Source of the DNA: Mytilus californianus
Lineage: Eukaryota
Assembly: GCF_021869535.1 (NCBI RefSeq)
Contig: NW_026262668.1
Coordinates: 124,186,001 to 124,250,000 of the forward strand
Direction of reading: 5' to 3'
DNA: 64,000 nucleotides
This document shows, piece by piece, positions 59,959 to 64,000 of this stretch. The translations under genes and the position numbers were made by a program. The notes below the pieces were generated by a model. That model made no database searches. It was given only the letters and a program-made list of their open reading frames with translations, and was not told where the DNA came from. Each line of letters starts with the position of its first letter. Position 1 is the stretch's first letter.

Positions 59959-60659
59959 CTGTATTGATCTCATGACATTTCTCGTTTAAAAAAAAAAATT
60001 ATTATTGTATAAATGTAGCAACGATCCTCTTATGCCCTTGATTGATTAATAAAAAAAATATCTAAATACACTCCTTATGCAGGTTTTATTAGAATGTTGT
60101 AACATTAAAATGGACAAATCATATGGGAAATTGAAGTCAATTGTTTTGTCTTAAATTTAGTACTCACTCGACCCTCACGGTTAATTTCTAGATGTTATGT
60201 CAACATATAAAGCAGACCTATCTTTATCTGTGGTATCATTCATTTCAGGTTAAATGGAATAGATCGACGTAGCCGCAAAATGTAAATTGAAATATTCAGT
60301 AATAGGTCATCATAAGCATCTGTGAAACATGAATTTAAAGGATAATGCATGGTAGTTTATATGTTTTGTTTTCAGAGACCTCTGTCTGCATTCTGCACCT
60401 TTTACAAATGTTGAGAAGAAGAGGCTTAAATTTGGCTTGAATGCAAAAATTTTAAAGTATAAAAAAATATCGGAAAAAGGTCGCATTAATCACGAATGCT
60501 TTTCCATTTGATAGTGAGCTTTAAGTTCATTGCTGAATCTTTATTAACAGGCTGCTTTTATTGTTTGCAAAAATGACTTCAACCATTGATAGAGTAATAT
60601 TAAGATTTTAAGTTGCTCATAAAAACAAATACATGCACGATTTTAGTGTTTTCTGTATG

Positions 60660-61950
60660 ATAAAAAAAAAGATAAGAAGATGTGGTATGATTGCAAATGA
60701 GACAACATTCCACCAGAGACCAAATGACTTAGTTACATGTGGCAACTATAGGTCACCGTGCGGTCTTCAACAATGAACAAAACTCATACCGCATAGCAAT
60801 CTTTAAATAGCCCTGACATGACCGAGGACATGACAAATGTGAAACTATCCAAACGGCATGATTTATGTAAATAAAAAAAGCAATAAACGAAAATTTAAAA
60901 TAAAGATTATATACAGCAACAAATGACAACCACTAAACTTACAGGCTTCTGACTTGGTACAGGTACATATAGATAGAATGGGGCTTAGTGAAACAATGTT
61001 TGCGGGGCCAACCCTACACTAAGCTGGGACAGTGGTGTAACAGTGCAACATAAGAGAAAACTATAAAAATCATATAAGACCATTTTATGCAGAATTGGCA
61101 ATGCTAACAGAACCTTAATTGTCTAGTAGACAAAAACTGGGTGAATCGATGGACTTACACAGTTGTTATTATGAATAAGATCTGACAACATAATTAGCAT
61201 GCATCAAAATGGTTCATATCAGATTATAACGTCCAAATTAATGTGATGGTATGAGTCACATGACATAATTCTTCCTTGAATAACACTCAGGTGAAAAATG
61301 ATACCGTGTTCTGTAGCAGAATAAAGAATTACAAGATAGTCTAGTGTTGTCAAACAGATTGAAAGTATTTCATGACAAATGAGACTTTACTTGTTTTTTA
61401 ATACTTCAGCAATTGTATTCAAGGATATCAAATCAATAGAAAGATATGATATATGTGACTTACAGACATTAACATGACTTACAGATACGATATATATATC
61501 TTATTTAATAGTATTGATTTAAACAGTCCGTTAACTCGTCGAGTTGTATGAATTTGACAATATGAATTTAAAGCTGACCTGCTATGGATAGGAGTAAAAT
61601 TTCTATAAAAGAGTTTCATGCAATGTATATGACAGAAATAAGCGCTAAATATAAAAATAAGGAGATGTGGAATGATTGCCAATGAGACAACTATCCACCA
61701 GGAGATGTGGTATGATTGCCAATGAGACAACTATCCACCAAAATTCAAATGAAATGGATGTAATTAAGCAATTATAGGCAACCGTACGGCCTGCAACAAT
61801 GACAAAAACCCTTACCGTGTCGGCTATAAACGGTACCGACATGAAAAATATGAAACAATTCATTTGAGAAAACTAACTACCTAATTTATAACAAAACACT
61901 TTACGAAAAACAAATATGACAGAGACATGAACCAACGACAACCACCGAAT
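60660..61950 (+). mobile_element. Two further family F copies (about 60660-61065 and 61650-61950); the second has a 40-bp head duplication
   Basis: aagaagatgtggtatgattgc... head; ggagatgtgg(a/t)atgattgccaatgagacaactatccacca occurs twice at 61660-61740. Confidence 0.8.
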
Positions 61951-62470
61951 AAAGAATTACAAGGTCGTCAATTCACACATATTCACACATAACAAAAATA
62001 AAACATGGCCCATGGTGTCATATATCACATAGTCGCTACAGTTGTAACAAAAACAGACTTTACACCATCATGTCATACATGTCACCATACTACACAGTAG
62101 CTATAGTTTTAACAAGAACGTGCTTGAGAGATTCATATCATCATTCATGTCGTGTATCACATTGTCGCAAAAGTTGTAACAAGAATAGACTTGACACCAT
62201 CATGTCATACATGTCACCCAACGGTACACGGTAGCTATAGTTATAACAAGAACATGCTTGAGACACAGTTACAATACACTTTTATATTGATACATAATAG
62301 TTAACTCTAATTTATAATGTTATACATGAATATAGTTTTTGTAAAATAATATTGTAAGATAAATATGAAATATATGTCGAATTTGAGCTATTTTCAGACA
62401 ATTATGACTTGTATGGGTCCGATGATCTGTTTTGAATTAGTCGTATTATTGTAAGAACCTAAAATTACAC

Positions 62471-62594
62471 TCATAGACCTCTCATACTGTCAATCTCATA
62501 GACCTCTCATACTGTCAATCTCATAGAGCTCTCATGCTGTCAATCTCATAGAGCTCTCATACTGTCAATCTCATAGACCTCTCATACTGTCAAT
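62471..62594. repeat. 25-bp tandem repeat, about 5 copies
   Basis: tcatagacctctcatactgtcaatc. Confidence 0.93.
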
Positions 62595-64000
62595 TTAACT
62601 AAAGATTTAAAGACTTTTGTTTTTAAATTGCCTCTATTGAGAAATAAATTCAAGGGGAAATTGGCCCTACCCCTTTGATTTTAAAGTCAAATCTACCTTT
62701 TATATATAAATACTCATGTACACGTTGGAATAGGCATAGGAAGACATATCCACCGAAGGGCGTCTGTTATACATTCTATGCACAGCTGATCGGACTGCAG
62801 CTTTTATTCAAATCATTACCCAGCGTTCAGACAGTGCCTTGCACCGTTTTTATTCATTGTCCAATTCGATGTCAACCCTCTGTGCCAACAAAACTTACCA
62901 AATTGATAAACTGTTAAATATGTTATCGTCCTAAATCAGATTCAAATATTTGAAACTGGACGTAAGAAATAACTGCAAGTTACTTTAATTTTCCACAGGG
63001 AGATTGAATTCGGTATGATTTATTTGCCGGTCAACAAATGTTGGGGTCACCGGATTTAACAGTACGTCCGTGATAAGATTTGTCTTGACATGCGCTGACA
63101 CATGGTATGCTATGAATAAAAAAAATGAAAAAAAATACAGTTAGCTATAATTGAAAAGACTCCCATATTACAAAATGGGATACAATACAAAAAAAAATAT
63201 TAGCAGCCTGATTGAAGCTTCATTTTCAAGTTTATGAACAAATCTACAACTTTCATCCAAAACAGAAAAGAAAGACTTCAGTCTAAATTATCAGCAAAAA
63301 ATCTTGTAGATGTTTTATTTGAAAGTTCCCAATGATATTTAAAACAAAAATCATTGTGTTAAATTATTGTGTACGAATTCGCATTATTTGGGTTTCCTCC
63401 GGGTAAAATTGAACTTTGTTATTCTTACATATTGGAAAATTTGTCGACGTTATTAAATATTGTTATCAAACAAAGAGAGAGACAGTAGCTGATAAAAATG
63501 GTAAACACGGGCATGCAATGGACGTAATAAGAAATTAAATTACATCAGTTTGACATAACTCTGATGATAACTTTATTGTAAATAAAGCTGCACGTGAATA
63601 AAAAATTGACGATTTTGATAAATTTGGCCGTATATTTGTTAGACAATGTAAACACACCTGTCTAATGGTACTAAGAAACTGAGCAGTGCTATATACTTTT
63701 AAAGATTTCTTTTACAGCTCATCAGAGATTGTATTATATGTCTCTGAGCTCTTACTGTAATTTATTGACTAGTTGATGAAGTCCGGTACAGCAGTCCAAC
63801 GACACCAACGATTACAGCAAGCCAACGACATCAACCACACAGCAACCCAACGACATAAAATCAAAAAGTCATATAACATACACAAGCAGTTATACAATAT
63901 GTTCAGTTATAAATCGCCCAAGAATAAACACATCAAGAATGGTAATTGCTATCATAATCAAATACACATAATATTTAGATATAGAAACACACTGACCCTC

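Noticed and set aside
63700-63760. Possible hammerhead ribozyme on the minus strand (CTGATGA...GAAA)
   Set aside because: No G-C closed stem II before GAAA and no stem III or UH cleavage triplet. The other CTGATGA hits (39105, 49737, 63562) also lack the fold.

Overview
AT-rich eukaryotic genomic DNA. The repeat inventory points to a bivalve mollusc, most likely a Mytilus mussel (recognised from memory, not searched). Two protein-coding genes are supported. (1) A + strand, multi-exon, kinase-less FGF-receptor-like gene (FGFRL1/nou-darake type). Its coding exons were reconstructed by splice phase: 13251-13329, an optional 21-nt microexon 20856-20876, 28636-28805, 32647-32770, 33504-33667, 34754-35231 and 39035-39417. 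The product is 465 aa (472 aa with the microexon): signal peptide, two FGFR D2/D3-like Ig domains, a Thr-rich stalk, an acidic patch followed by a long poly-Lys tract, one TM helix, and a very short tail ending in -HTNV. (2) A - strand class A GPCR whose coding exon (54277-55503) begins exactly at a splice acceptor and has altered activation motifs. The rest is a dense mosaic of non-autonomous Helentron-like (HINE/DINE-1-type) elements, tRNA-derived SINEs, TA- and TTAA-flanked MITEs, a P-like TIR element, a 3' fragment of a Penelope-like (probably Naiad-type) RT, and more than 12 unrelated minisatellite arrays. The most notable observations are the FGFR-like decoy architecture with its microexon, a 16-copy array whose minus strand carries the complement of let-7 nt 1-9 in every unit upstream of the GPCR exon, reciprocal nesting of two HINE families, and signs that a TE head seeds minisatellites. 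No CRISPR array, rRNA or intact tRNA was found. Most short ORFs in the track are repeat artefacts.
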